DNA of 64,000 nt from Lingula anatina (lineage: Eukaryota > Animalia > Brachiopoda). The stretch spans positions 163,721-227,720 of the forward strand of contig CM120648.1 in assembly GCA_051362555.1 (NCBI GenBank). Direction: 5' to 3'. Numbering within the stretch: position 1 is the first letter of the stretch; every line of letters begins with the position of its first letter. The translations under genes were made by a program, and so were the position numbers. Shown one piece after another: positions 51,091 to 64,000 of this stretch. The notes under the pieces were generated by a model. The model made no database searches, was not told the DNA's origin, and saw only the letters and a list, made by a program, of their open reading frames with translations.

Positions 51091-52279
51091 AGAATAAGTA
51101 AGACAGTAAAATATGCCCTAATTTTATGTAGCTTTTTCAAAGCTAATGACATCATCTTTTATTTTATGTGATTAACTCAGTAGTCGACTGCATGTTTGAA
51201 GTGAGCTGAAATTACACTTTTCATTCTAATGAGGTTAATTGTTCAATGTTCTCAGTAAAAAAAAAATAATAAAAACTATATTTTCATCAGTTTCTGCATT
51301 GCACATCAACTAAATTCCTTCTTTTATCTCCTTTTTATCAACTGCCAGACTCGTGCTTATGGATACATACATTTTTATTTTATTTAATCCACTTTCCTCC
51401 TTATGCTTACGTCTTCAGTTATCTCTATGATTGCCAAAATATGCCATATTGTCAGGAAATTGTATTTAGTTCAAATCGCTAGGTAATGTTGAAAATCAAT
51501 TAATTAATTTATTTTTGTGAACACCTCCCCATATGTTATTATCTACACCATTGTGCTATATGATTCCCTATCAGTTAGAAGGACAATGATTTGATGTATA
51601 AAAGATACCCGACACTCACCGTCAAATCCCGTAATCTAAGCTAAAACCCTTTTAAGCCCTAATTGGTAACATCCGCAAAATTTACGTTTTTCTCTCAATC
51701 AATTACTGACTAAATATATAGCCACAAGGACCGGCAGCGCGGTCGCTGAATATTCCTCTGCGAATAGATATTGACAATGCAATATGTGATTTCTTGGCTT
51801 TTTCACAATGCAAACCGCCTGAAGGAATAGTGTATTAGATTAAAGAACCAGAATGATTCACAAAAATGGAAATATTATAAACCTTATGACGCAGAAAAGA
51901 ATCAATGAAAGTTATTTTGTTTCTGAACTTCTTTCAAAGCCACAAAATCTGAAGTATCCAGTGAATTATATTAGTATTCAGCCTTCAAGTGGGGCGACAA
52001 GGCAGTTTAACAAAAATTATCATCAATAAATCGTTTAATTAGACATAGGCCCTACTTGAAGTGACACGAGCAAAAATCCGAGATCGCGTGAGAAGCAATT
52101 TTTACAGTTGATCTCTCTCATCCAGCCTTTTTGCGTAATGACGCGATTTCAACCCGACACTCCCACTCTCATTTGCCTACTACTTAACCGCGCTACTGGT
52201 TTTGATTTCCAGAAGCCAATACTGACTTCAGATAACAATCACAAAACGATCATCACGCAGGAGAAGACCAGAACACGAG

Positions 52280-55200
52280 ATGACCATCAAAATGACAATT
52301 CCCATTGGACACGGCAGCAGGTGTGGCTTTAAGTCTTGGGCATGTTTTGCGATTTTTCTGGTTTTGATACTAAATGTGGCTGTAGGGGACGCAACAGACG
52401 GATGCTGGGTGAGTGGCAATAACACTGTTTTTTTACTTACTTACCTGTGTTTAACCTGTTAAAAAATTGGTACATATTGCTTGATTAGAAGATTTATACG
52501 CTTGAAGGTAATATCAGAGACATTTAGATAGTGATGCTCTTTTGACAATTCAGTAGATACAAATCAAAAATATAAAACAATCTTTGTGGATTACTGAACA
52601 ATTATAGATACTCGTAACTTAAGTTCCATATCAAGTTATGATATCAAAATATCTATGGATTTTTAGACAAAGTAAGCTCACATACGCACACCAGCTGCCA
52701 GTTAAGGGAATACATAATGTAATATTTGTTCAATTATAACACATCAAGTGGAAGAATCACGCATACAAGCACAATTTTCAAACCTAACACGCGCTCTACC
52801 CACAGCATAGCACCCATGGAAGCTAACATAGCGTTCAGTAACGAGGTTTAAGCTCCGACTACAGTTTGAGTGGGTAAAGACCTGTGAGCGACCACCCTCT
52901 TTACATCTTATTGCTGAATCTCGGCACTTCAAGTGAACACATGCAATTCTTTTAACAACGCTGTTGTGTTGCTGTCCTCTTAGCTTTCTGTCGACTGTCG
53001 TGTCTACAGTTCACAAGGCCTGTAAGCGACTATCAGCTTTGCATCGTATTGCTGAACCTTTGCACTTTACGCTAACATAAGCAGTTATTTTAGAAATCCT
53101 ATTGTGTTGTCGTTCTATTAGTTTTATTTTTCTGTCTTTTTTGCGTGTGGACAATTCAAAACATTATTGTCTGTTTCTGTAGATCTATTTTTCTTTGTTT
53201 TTCACGAATACGCTGTATTTAATATCACCCTTTTTTACCTATTCTATCACAACCTAATTAAGTCGATATCCGCAACTCGAATTTGATTAAAAAAACGTAG
53301 CTGGTGAATATGCGGTTTATTTTGCGTTTATAAAAAACAAAAACGTTTCTAGATCTCATCGACAGACTGAGAACAGGAGTATGTCTTGTATGTATATCCT
53401 ATGGTTGTGGGGTCTTTGGGTACGTTCGCAATGGATTGTGTTGACCAACCTAATGCGCACTTACTTCACGGCGATTTTCGCCGAAATGCAATCAGATTAA
53501 CAACCTCAAACGCCTCCTTTTGTTTCCACAGGAGGCGTATACATCTGTTAATATGACTGAATGCAGAGAGTCCACGAGAAGTTAGAGCGCAGTAACTAGG
53601 TTGACAAAATTCATTGTGAGGGGTCCCTTTGTGATATTCTGAATAATCTGAACCCAAACAGCAGAAGTACATTTGGGAAAATAGTAAAAAGAATGAAAAA
53701 TGGTTTCAGATCAAGTTTGAGTGTAATAGCACAGGAATATGTAGTGTAAGACAGAGAAACACAAACCAATGCACCTAAGTGGACTTATTTGGACGAAAAG
53801 TATATAAAATATTAACCAATTAGTTTCATTTGCCTTGGATTTAGGAGTCATTTCCAATAAATCGCTAAAGTGTTGTAATTTGGGCATAAACGGGACTCTG
53901 AATCTGAGTGCCATTTCACATGCTGAAATAATGTGTTCACTGGATACTTATAGCTTTAGTTTGTTCTGTTGTTAGTTGTTATCTGCACTCGCACGGCACT
54001 TGCGCGTCCTATATGTCTCGCGTTAGAAAGAGCACAGTTGTAGGGAGTTCGGAACGAATCATCTTTATTAACTCATAATTCGTGCATTGAAAAGTACGTT
54101 CATTAAACGAATTACCAATAATCTTATTGACAAATCATTCAGTGACTGACGTATAGTCTCAAATCTCTGCACCAATTTATCAAAATCATTTCATACATTA
54201 ATGTCTAGAAATTTTGTTAAATCCTACTATACGATGTTACATGTACCCATGCAATATAAGTTAAAACTTACTGCCAAGGAAAATCTTACCGAGAAAGAAT
54301 ATCATAAACGTAGAGCTTCCACTTTGACCCAAGAGTCTGCGGTTTGCGCGACAGTGAATGTACTTGTCACTTGTCGGTTTTCGTAAATAAAACTAATGAA
54401 ATCCATTAATAATCCATTGATTTACATGATATGTTTAGTGTAATTTAACATTTTAGAGAAAAGAGGTTAAAGGGATAATAACTCTTCGTTCTGGCCAAAA
54501 AAGGAATTTTCCTGGAGTAAACAACAATTTCCCCAAACTTACCAATGGTTCATGAATCCATTTTTACATTCAAAATTAGTCCCTGTTTTTTTTCAAAAAA
54601 AATTATTTTTTGTTTTAATCTCTTAAGAGATTATTACAGGCTATAGCCATCTATGGAGGTCACGTGGTCTTAAGACAAGCTCAGGTATCAGAATAATAGC
54701 TATAACTGCCGTTTTTGTGGTACAACAGAATATATTATACTTCTATGAGTTGTTCACAATGTTTTTATTGTGAAATATAGATCTCATACAAAGAGTTATT
54801 ATGCCTTTAATAACTTAATAAGATTTATGAATATTTGTCAGTATGGCTTGCCTGTCGTAAATTTAAATGGAACCAAAAACCGTGAAATCGCCCCCGAGTG
54901 ACCAATAAAAAGTTAAAACTCAGTGGATAACACTGCCGGGTCGGTGCGTGGGCGGGTGAGTGGATACATTTAAATGCTTCAACGCAATATCAGTATTACA
55001 TAATTTAATCCTGACATCCATTGTCTTCAACGCCCCCTGTCTGTATGTACATAAATGATTCAGAAATTTAACCGTGTACAATCGCGCTACAGTCACAACA
55101 TGCTTTCTCTACAACAGAAAAGTGCATTCGAAGTGATGAATAACCTTTAAAAGCCCATTAAATATTACTGATGCCATGCGATCATCCATGCAAATACCCT

Positions 55201-57809
55201 GTCACAGCGCGTTGAACGCATGGCACCGATGTTAAGTAGTCGGGTCAGTGACCATACAAAATCCACGGCACTGATTCAATCACTTGGAACAAAAGGTAGC
55301 TTCCTTTTGGAATATGCGCGACAGCGGTTTTCACAATCATGTAAATGTATAGGAAATTGCCGTTAACTGGACCCAGCCCACAGACAAAAAGCGTTCCAAT
55401 ATTGAATGGACGCCGAGTAAAAGTTTCCATTACAGATGCAGATATGTTTTGTAATTTGATTCCATTTTTTGAACGGCTTGTATGTCAAGGAAATTCCGTG
55501 CATGGTTACTCACATTTATTAATACACGATTACCGTCACCCTGTTTTCTTCTGTGAACTGCACTGACAATATACGCTTACACCGTAACCATAAAAGTCTA
55601 GTATAAGTACACGATTTTCGTCATTCTTTATTATTTCTTTGTAAAATATATTAAGATACGATTACCGATCACCATAACCCTGACAGTGTAAGGCTGTTCT
55701 CAGAATAAAAGATATCGTACTAGCTAAAAAGAAATCTCGCTGGTCTTTGAAATGAAAGGGAGTTAAAGTGAACACAGAATAGGAAAGTAAATAGAAGCGA
55801 ACTGTGGAAAGACAGATGGGTGATTTGATTGATAATGAATAGTAGATTGCACATCAAGAGAAATCAGCAACAGATGGTAAGGTAAACTTACGCAAATAGG
55901 AAACACGGCAATGGGTGAACAACTTCCCTTCTGCAAGAGTGTGTTAAAGAGAATTAGAGCACTAGGACGGTCTTTCAGTGTGTCATCGATTAGGTTGGGA
56001 TGAAACAGGTCAAAATGCCTCGTGCATCCACAACACATTTCATTTCACACGAATTGTAAAACAAATGAAACTTTTGCATTATCTATCTATCTATCTATCT
56101 GCCTGTCTGTCCGTTCATAAGTCTATGAACCTTTTTTCTTTATGACAGGAATAAATTCAACAATAACCTGACTCGGTTTTAATCAGCGAGAGTGACGAGA
56201 GGGTTGTCCCGGATACCTTGATCACACCTTCGTGAAGTACTATTGCTTAAGTACCGCGCTATTACTTTCGAGTTTTGAATTGCAACATTCAAATACATTG
56301 AAAGAAGCGTTTTTAATCATGTTATTGCGTTAGTCTAATTACCCAGTGCTTAAGTGATATTTCGAAGAATTTTCAAGTTTGGAGGATAAATTACGTTCAA
56401 CTCGACTAAGGGTGGTTCATTTGTCGAGCGTGCTCACGGTGTCCTTTTTACTTTGTCCTTAACTTGTCTCGCCGTTCGCGTGTCAACACTACCTTTGTGA
56501 CAATTTTGTATTTTTTTTTTTGTTAAAAACAACCACCTTACATCTATTACAAAAAAATTCTCCGCACTAACTTACAGTCCAGCTCTTGACGAAAATGCCG
56601 TACAGCTTGAGTTTTTTTTTATTTGAAAACCGTTTTCAAGCACGGAAATCAGCATCTGAGCGTGACTAAGACAATGATTTTGACTTATTTTTTAGAGTGC
56701 CGTACAATCTTATCACAAATGAACATAAATATTCCATTATTTCTATCTATTCCAAAATTTAAACTTTTCTTATCTTTCACATTTTTTTATAGTGAAAACT
56801 CAAAACAAATTTGCTCAAGCAATTAGATAGGATAAGTAAGAGCATGATTTCCCGTCATTATAAAAATATAAGTATAGCAAGCATCCGTATGACATCAAAC
56901 GTCGAAACAAATTTTCCTGAGCAATTAGAGAAGACGCGTAAGTATACTATTTCCCGTCATCATAAAAAAATGAGTATATCACGTACCTGATAGGCGCAGG
57001 TGCGATCCTCACATTACGTGGTTTTAATCGATTTTGGAGTCGAGGATACAAACACTTCCCTATTCGCCTTGCAAATCGATTATTGCGTGACACTTTGTCA
57101 GGGAGTATAATATGCTGTCAAAACGTTCTCCCGCTGTATGTAAAGCTCAGAGTTTTCAGCCAAAGAAAAGAAGCAATCGGTTCAGATTTAGAAACTCTTC
57201 GCAGTACAGTCTATATGATCGTAAGACAGAACTTAAGTCAGTGATAATTAGTTAATTCAACATCAATAATGCAAAGTAATTCATTAGGGGGTGAGCGATT
57301 TGCTTGTATGCACTTCGCTATTAATTATTAAAAGGTTAATTATTTTTATCGATCTATCAAGTGCATATTCATGTTTAATAGATACAATTAAATAGAAAAT
57401 CCCGTAACACAAAATATGTTTCGGCTGATAATAGGAAACAGAATACATTTCTGGTTTTGCGCAACTCGTTTTTGATGGGATGCCTTTGTTCGTTTTTATT
57501 TTTTAAAGATGTTCCAGTACGGATTAAAGTACGAAAGTGACGAGTCACTTTCGTGATTCACAACTTCCAGGAATGATATTTCGTTCCACCCGTAACGTAA
57601 GTGTTTCAATATTCTTCCAGGACAAATGCAAGGCGTACAATATGGCCTGTGACGTCATGTGTTACCCCTCCCTGGGCCCTCCACACCGAGGCTGTCTGGA
57701 GCGTTGTAGGCAGAAACTTCCGGTCTGCCTGAACTACTGCCGGCGTATGAATACATTCCTGGGAGGTGACAAGATAAGGATGGATGGAGAGCGGGCTGAG
57801 GCAGAGTGA
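52280..57809 (+). CDS. Small secreted 8-cysteine peptide precursor, 2 exons, 105 aa
   Basis: Exon 52280-52408 (signal peptide ...WACFAIFLVLILNVAVGDA-TDGCW, donor GTGAGT) joins in phase 0 to exon 57621-57809 (acceptor ttcttccag). The join completes C-x3-C-x6-C-x3-C-x10-C-x3-C-x6-C-x3-C followed by RR. Confidence 0.75.
54471..54806. mobile_element. 336-bp non-autonomous TTAA-targeting DNA transposon (Kolobok-like)
   Basis: 16-bp TIRs agggataataactctt / aagagttattatgcct (1 mismatch) flanked by TTAA at 54467-54470 and 54807-54810. Confidence 0.75.
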
Positions 57810-60800
57810 TGACCCGGATGTTCCATTAGAAAGGAGCTTCAGTGGCCCATCAACCATATGTACAGATAGACAAACAAACAAACAGACAAAGTTCTACCTT
57901 GGGTGTCTAAAGCATCACAATAGCAGTATTTACTAGTTGACCATTTTTTTAAAATTCCAATTAATATATCTCTCTGTGTTTCTGTGTTGAAAGCATCGCC
58001 AATTTGGTGAGCACTGCCGAAGAAACAAAATGAGCGTTTTTTTCTAGAACATCACTTTCAGCAGCCACAGAAGGACGCCGAATTTAAATCTGGCAAGGAC
58101 AATTGTATTGCAGATCTCAGTAAGAACCAAGACAGTATTAAGGGTTCATGATGCTGACTGAAGGTTTCGCTTTACCTTTGTATATATGTACACCAGGTCT
58201 TAACCTTTAAGTGCATCGTTTTGACACGTGCGCAGCAAAAGCAATCATCTCACATGCCGTTGTGACAGGAATGGTAGTCCGCTGGGAACCGTAGTCTTTT
58301 CCCACATCACCATGTCCAGGTGTCATTGGCCCCATATACTGACCATGGATAAAATTACCTTTTTATGTCCAAGTACTGACCCATACACTTACGGTTAACC
58401 CTACCCTGTACTAATAATTTGGGACCCATCAATTCCATTGCTCGGACTACCATCTCTACGAAAATGTTCCTACAGAGCGTCCTACGGGACTCTATAAAGA
58501 TTCTACAGGACCCTGCATGATGTTGGGACAACTTCTTATGGCACGGCCTATAAGACCCCAATGGCAATTTCCGTAAGGGTGCATTCCTGTCACATCGTTT
58601 TCGTGTGCTCCATAAGCACGTTACCACAATGCCTTGGCAACTACATTTCCATGACGATATTTCTAATAAAGTTGCTGCTCAATTGACGTACCATAGACGA
58701 GTTCGTTTGGAAACAATACACTTTGGTGAATAATGCCAATTAATATTTCTTTCTTCTTGTAATATATCACTTCCCCAGCAAAGCGTTAAAATGTTATTAC
58801 ATGCCAACCGTTTCCTGCACGCTCGTTTATCTGACAAAAGCACTCAAGCGACAAGCACTCAGGCGACAAATTGAGTGGATCTTTTCTTGGAGGCAGCACC
58901 TCCAAATTGTCAAGACCGTTTGGGCGTGCGTCAATAAAGGACCACTTTATTCAACGGTAAATGAAAGATCAATGGCGTATAGCTCGGAAGAGCAATCTAG
59001 CAAAGTCAGTAGGTTTTTAACTAAAGAGAAATTCCATCTTGTGTAACGACTCGCAAGGAATGAAATCTTAAACAGTAAGCTAAAAGGTGGACATATAAAA
59101 GAAGAGAAATTCCGTAATGAAATAAGGCTTTGTCAGAATAGAAAAGATACAACACGAATACGAGATAAACATGAAATATAAAAGAGAGTTGTTAGACTAT
59201 GTTACTGTACGAATAACTTCAGACGTTTTAAGTCCATGGGATAAGAACGATGAAAAGGCAGAAGAATATACATACAATAAATGTTACAAAAGAACAACTA
59301 GAAGGGAAACTAGGGATTTCAGAATGATCAATTGCGGTTAAATAATGTGAAGGGAATTATCGTCAAAACACGTAACGGTTGTTTTAACAGACCAGCTAAT
59401 ATTAAATAGTAGTCAAACACAGTATTTATATTACTATTCAACAACACTGCGAGAGAGAAATCGGGCCATGGGAGCCAAAACACTGATATTAACATATATC
59501 CACATAGCAAGGCAAAAGTGACGAATAATAATAATTATAATAACTAAATAAATGAATAAGAACAAAAGGGCAAGACGAATCACATGCAAAGGCAGATATC
59601 GACAATTTACGTACTTGTATTAAATATTTGCAACAAAACTGGGATTGGAAAAGATGGGGTTTGTGGGTGGGTGCGTCAACGGAGAAGTCAACATCCTTTA
59701 TCAGAACACGGGGGAAATTCAATAATAGCAGGATAATAATAATACTGCAGCGACGTCAAACTACAGGAAAGGTCGGGGAAAGTTGAAACATTTCCCCCAA
59801 TTAGTAGAATAAACATAAGGTTAGATAGTTGACTGCGTGAGACACATTTAAGATCTGAAAAATTGAACAAGACTAAAATTATCGAAAAAATAATGTATCG
59901 CAAATAGAAATACTGAAAAGTGACAAAAAATAGTATAGCTACAGGATAGGTTTCAGAATACTACCAAATGTTTTTTAAAACACTTATGTTTCCGAAATTG
60001 ATGTAATGAAAGACATTTAATATGCGACTGAACGGAAATGCGCGCATAAAAAGGAAACGTGTAATCTAAGGAAACCTGATATACTGCTGTGATGAGATAA
60101 CTACCGGAATAAGAAGCATTTTCTTCTGATACCAAAACGTTCTTCTGTTCTTCTATCTCGCAACGTTTTTACTCTGTTCCTTGTAATAAATAACATTCCG
60201 TAAACTCACACAAATAAAAATAATTTAAAAAATAAAAATAACTGAAAACAAATGTAATTTTAGGGAAAAATTTTAAAAATCACAGTAGTCGCTGTGTGGC
60301 CATCTTCACTGTTCCTAAAAACAAACGTGTGTGGGATTTGATGATTATGGTTACTGACAGATGTAAAGAACACACAGAAGTTTATTCTCCTTAACACAGT
60401 GTATTAAAAGAAACGGAGGCAAAGTGCACTAGATGCTTTCCGTGGAATACAAAAAAATTACAAATTATACACACACACATATAAAAGCAACAACACAAAA
60501 TAAAGGGGATATTTATAACAAATGAATAAAAGGCTTATTAACAACCGAGCAGAATGATGAAATAAATCAAAAGAAATAAATCAGTAATATTATTTACACA
60601 TAAAAAAATAACAAAATGCATCTCTACATATATAAAAAATTAGACTGAAAAAATACAGCAGGTTATAAAGCTTTGAATACTCATGCCACGTTGCTTATAT
60701 TATGCCGGTAATTGATTTTACGAGAAAGAACAATGAACATGAATAAGTGAAATATTATCTATTCTAGAGTTTTACATCTGACGCATTCTCAAAGAAAAAA

Positions 60801-61597
60801 AAAAATAAAAAAAAAGTCATCGAACAAACAGAACCTTTAACACAGTCCTTCAGATTATTGATTAATATTTCAAATTGTTTTCAAGCGTTGTCGTGGTAAA
60901 TGCAGAGGAAAACCGTTTGTTTTACGCTAGGTAATATTCACATCTTCTCTAAAGCATTCCAATCCCCACCCAATATTACGTCTTTAAGCTAATCCATACA
61001 TATGCGCTTGGTGCTATCCCAATGTTTTTTATAGCATTCTAATGTTTTAAAGGAATTTGGTTTACAATGTTACCTGACATGTTGAAGCACTTACACAATC
61101 TTCTTTGTATCCCTACGCAAAGAAAAATAATAACCAAAAATGAAATCATAATAATAATAATTAAACAATAATAATAATAAATTGAACACTTTACCAGGAA
61201 TCACATAAATAGCATAGAATCCAGCGATGTATTGTGAATGCCAATTTCACGTGGTGAAAAGATCCTTGTTTGATTCTAGGCGGGTAGCTATCACAGTTTA
61301 CTTGTATACACAAATAAGACTTAACGGTGTTGGTTGTGCCGCATTGCTACCGATTGCTACAATTGAGATCAAGGGGATTAAGGGGGGGGGGGGGGGGCGT
61401 TGACCCAAATCTGTATCACATCTGTTCGCATGCTTGTATTTACCAACGTATAGAATTCTTGAGGTTCAACGAATTATTCCTCTTTACTGCCTAATTACAT
61501 TTATTATTAAATCTAAGCAGGAATTGAAGTAAGGCAAGCAACCTTTTTCAATATAATGATTTATTAAAACCCCGCTTAAGTGTTCATTATTGCTCTA

Positions 61598-61960
61598 TTA
61601 CATGCAAATAAGTAATAGTCCAGCTATATTAGTGTAAATAATAGATAACTACACTGCTGTTTTTATACGCAGAGAAATAAGTAACAGTCTACTGCTAGCT
61701 ATTCATATTAGATAACTACACAACTGTGACTATATTATAATAACATTACATGCAGAGAAATCAATGATAGTCTATAGCTAGCTATTCGTATTAGATGACT
61801 ACATAACTGTGATTGTATTATAATTTTAACATTTCATGCAGATAAATCACTGAAAGTCTATATAGCTATCCATAAGTAACAAATTACACAACTCTGTGAC
61901 TGTACTAAAATTACACCATAACACATGCAGTGAAATAAGTAAAAGTCTAGCCAACCACTA
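61598..61960. repeat. Degenerate ~70-90-bp minisatellite, ~4-5 copies
   Basis: Recurrent catgcaga.aaat...agtcta..gcta...tagataactacac.actgtga. Confidence 0.7.
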
Positions 61961-62432
61961 AAGATAACTGGTGATCTCTGTCATCATGTGTCATTATATA
62001 CCTGTAGTAGAATTCTGTGTCTCTGATTGGTCAGTTACCATGCTCCAATGGGTCTAGCTAGCCAGTGTTAAACTGCTTTATACACTAGGTGATCTGATAA
62101 TACATAAACAAACATGAAAAACCTCAGATGACCAACACTCCCACACACACAGAACTCACAACAGTTTCATGAATTCACAAAATAACAATTACATTCTTTT
62201 ACCCAAGGTTTGTTTTAAGGTAATTTTTAAAAAAATAATTTACATAGCATTAACAATCCTTTATCTATCTTTGAGACCTATTTTTGTAGTACACTAACAC
62301 CATGCATGTAGAGAAATCAGTGCTAATCCAAATTCTCATTTTACAGAACTTCAGTTTTGTATTAGGGTAACATTATGTGCAGATAAATAAATAAGAGTTC
62401 TAAGATAGTTTAAAAAGGCATTCATTCTAGCC

Positions 62433-62936
62433 TTACAGGGTAAATATGTTGTGTTTTATTCCTTGCCTCTTTTCCAGGGAGCATCGCAAGGCTCCACCAA
62501 CTCCACTACATAACCCTGCATTGGAATGGTTCGTGTACAGTGCTGCCAGTCCCAGCATGCATCTGAAAACATGGATAATTATATCATAAGATGTTCAATT
62601 TTCTTTTTTATCTTTTACAGTTCTCTTCACTTTAATTACTTAAATTTATCATAATACTTTTTCTTACAAATTTAAATATCTAAAAATATTTATTTCAGAA
62701 ATAAACACACAAACACACAGCAAATCTATCTAGGTACATGCCCTTATTTGTAGTGGAGTGTACTGGTTGTGCTAGGACTAATCTCGGGCTGTGTTTAGAT
62801 CAAGTTATCCGTCCAGTTTAGTCTTTCGCATTTCACTTTTATGTTTTACTTAAAACAATACAGTCTCTGTAAAACTTACAATTTACCCAGTTAGAACAAT
62901 CAAGCCATTACCATACTTCCAGGAAAGCCAGATCAT
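62433..62936 (-). CDS. Candidate 59-aa spliced prepropeptide (signal peptide, C-x8-C, KR)
   Basis: Exons 62936-62887 and 62562-62433 join in phase 2 to give MIWLSWKYGNGLIVLTGCMLGLAALYTNHSNA-GLCSGVGGALRCSLE-KR-QGIKHNIFTL. These could instead be non-coding exons. Confidence 0.35.
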
Positions 62937-62976
62937 TCACACCCTCATTCTGTAGAGTTCTTGCTGCAAAATTAAT

Positions 62977-62982
<6 letters not shown>

Positions 62983-63030
<48 letters not shown>
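62983..63030. repeat. (TA)n microsatellite
   Basis: Seen directly. Confidence 0.97.
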
Positions 63031-63032
<2 letters not shown>

Positions 63033-64000
63033 ATGACATACATTAATAATACACAAAGCTACAATAAGTATTAACTACAGCAAAGTACAAAAATGCTGAA
63101 CATGCTACAGCCAAATGTTACAAAATTATGCCTTTTACTCTGTTTGAAGAAATTAATAACATTTACCTAAAGGTTCGAGACAAAAATCTGTCAACTTATT
63201 TCTTTTGAACTGTATATTGTTTCCTCAATTTTTTTTCATAATTTTTGAAAATTGAGTATTGTTTCCTACCAAAAAATTGACTAATTTACACTTCCATGCA
63301 AAAGAACAGTGCAACAAGACTGCTACAAGAAGGCAGGTTATAGTATTATTGCCACACCTGAATTAGACAAATGACATAACTCACTGATGATGAATCAGTT
63401 CAGCAGTTAATACTAGTAAATAATGTGACGTGTGCACAAACTCAATGGTTAGTGTCTTGGGTTTATAAACCTTATAGGTTATATTAGAAAGCCCACTGTA
63501 TATGCTGAACTTACATTGTAGAAGAAACATGACATGAAATATACCTAAGAAAAATATTTAATTTAAGAAAATCTAATTTATGTTAGAAAAGACATCCATA
63601 CATTGGCAAGAGACTCACACTGGCGGGCAAGTACAAGTTAAATTCTAATGGCCAGCGCTCAGAAATCACTAGCATCTGTTAACTACAAAGTTTGTCGAGG
63701 CCTGCAGTAACACTGCCTTCTCATACTAAATGGCATTTAGCCATCTTATCATTATTCTAACATTGCAGTTCTTCTGACAGGTTTGATTGGTGTACATGGT
63801 GTGTGTGTGCGAGCATGCGTGTGCGTGTGTGTGTGTGTGTTAAGGGAGAGAGGCAAAAGTGCACATGATAAAATAAGAAAGGCCCTGCACAGTTAGTAAA
63901 CTAAAGCCTTGTAAGTTAATATAATGAAATTACAGTTTTGTCTTCTAATGGCAATTTTGTTATGTCTATCTACCTATCATAAATGTTTGAAAACAAACAA

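Noticed and set aside
61981-62830. Intronic snoRNA candidates (C-box-like ATGATGA at ~61985; hairpin at ~62770-62830)
   Set aside because: No matching D box or H/ACA boxes at suitable spacing found by eye; would need an Infernal search.
62915-62963. Amine-oxidase-like fragment (RTLQNEGVNDLAFLE) in another frame
   Set aside because: Too short, no GxGxxG exon seen upstream and no compatible continuation downstream.

Overview
This is an AT-rich, intron-containing animal locus, most likely from a marine invertebrate bilaterian; no prokaryotic features were found. The left ~25 kb is CpG-poor and holds conserved spliced genes: a C1orf50/DUF2452 homolog (+), TMEM117 (-), ERGIC2 (+) and a CARD-plus-death-domain CRADD/RAIDD-like adaptor (-). 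The 25-61 kb block is visibly richer in CpG. It holds three tandem minus-strand genes for secreted, probably GPI-anchored, two-domain cyclase-family (KynB/isatin-hydrolase-like) metallohydrolases, a single-coding-exon ~974-aa three-module glycosyltransferase-like membrane protein and an intron-containing tRNA-Arg(TCT). It also holds a two-exon secreted peptide, split across two ORF-track entries, with symmetric 8-Cys spacing (3-6-3-10-3-6-3). A second candidate spliced prepropeptide lies near 62.4-62.9 kb. Repeats include a solo LTR with a 5-bp TSD, several MITEs, a Helentron/HINE-like element and a foldback element carrying a 76-bp tandem array. Exon structures were inferred by hand from GT-AG sites and reading-frame phase, and family calls come from recalled motifs, not database searches.
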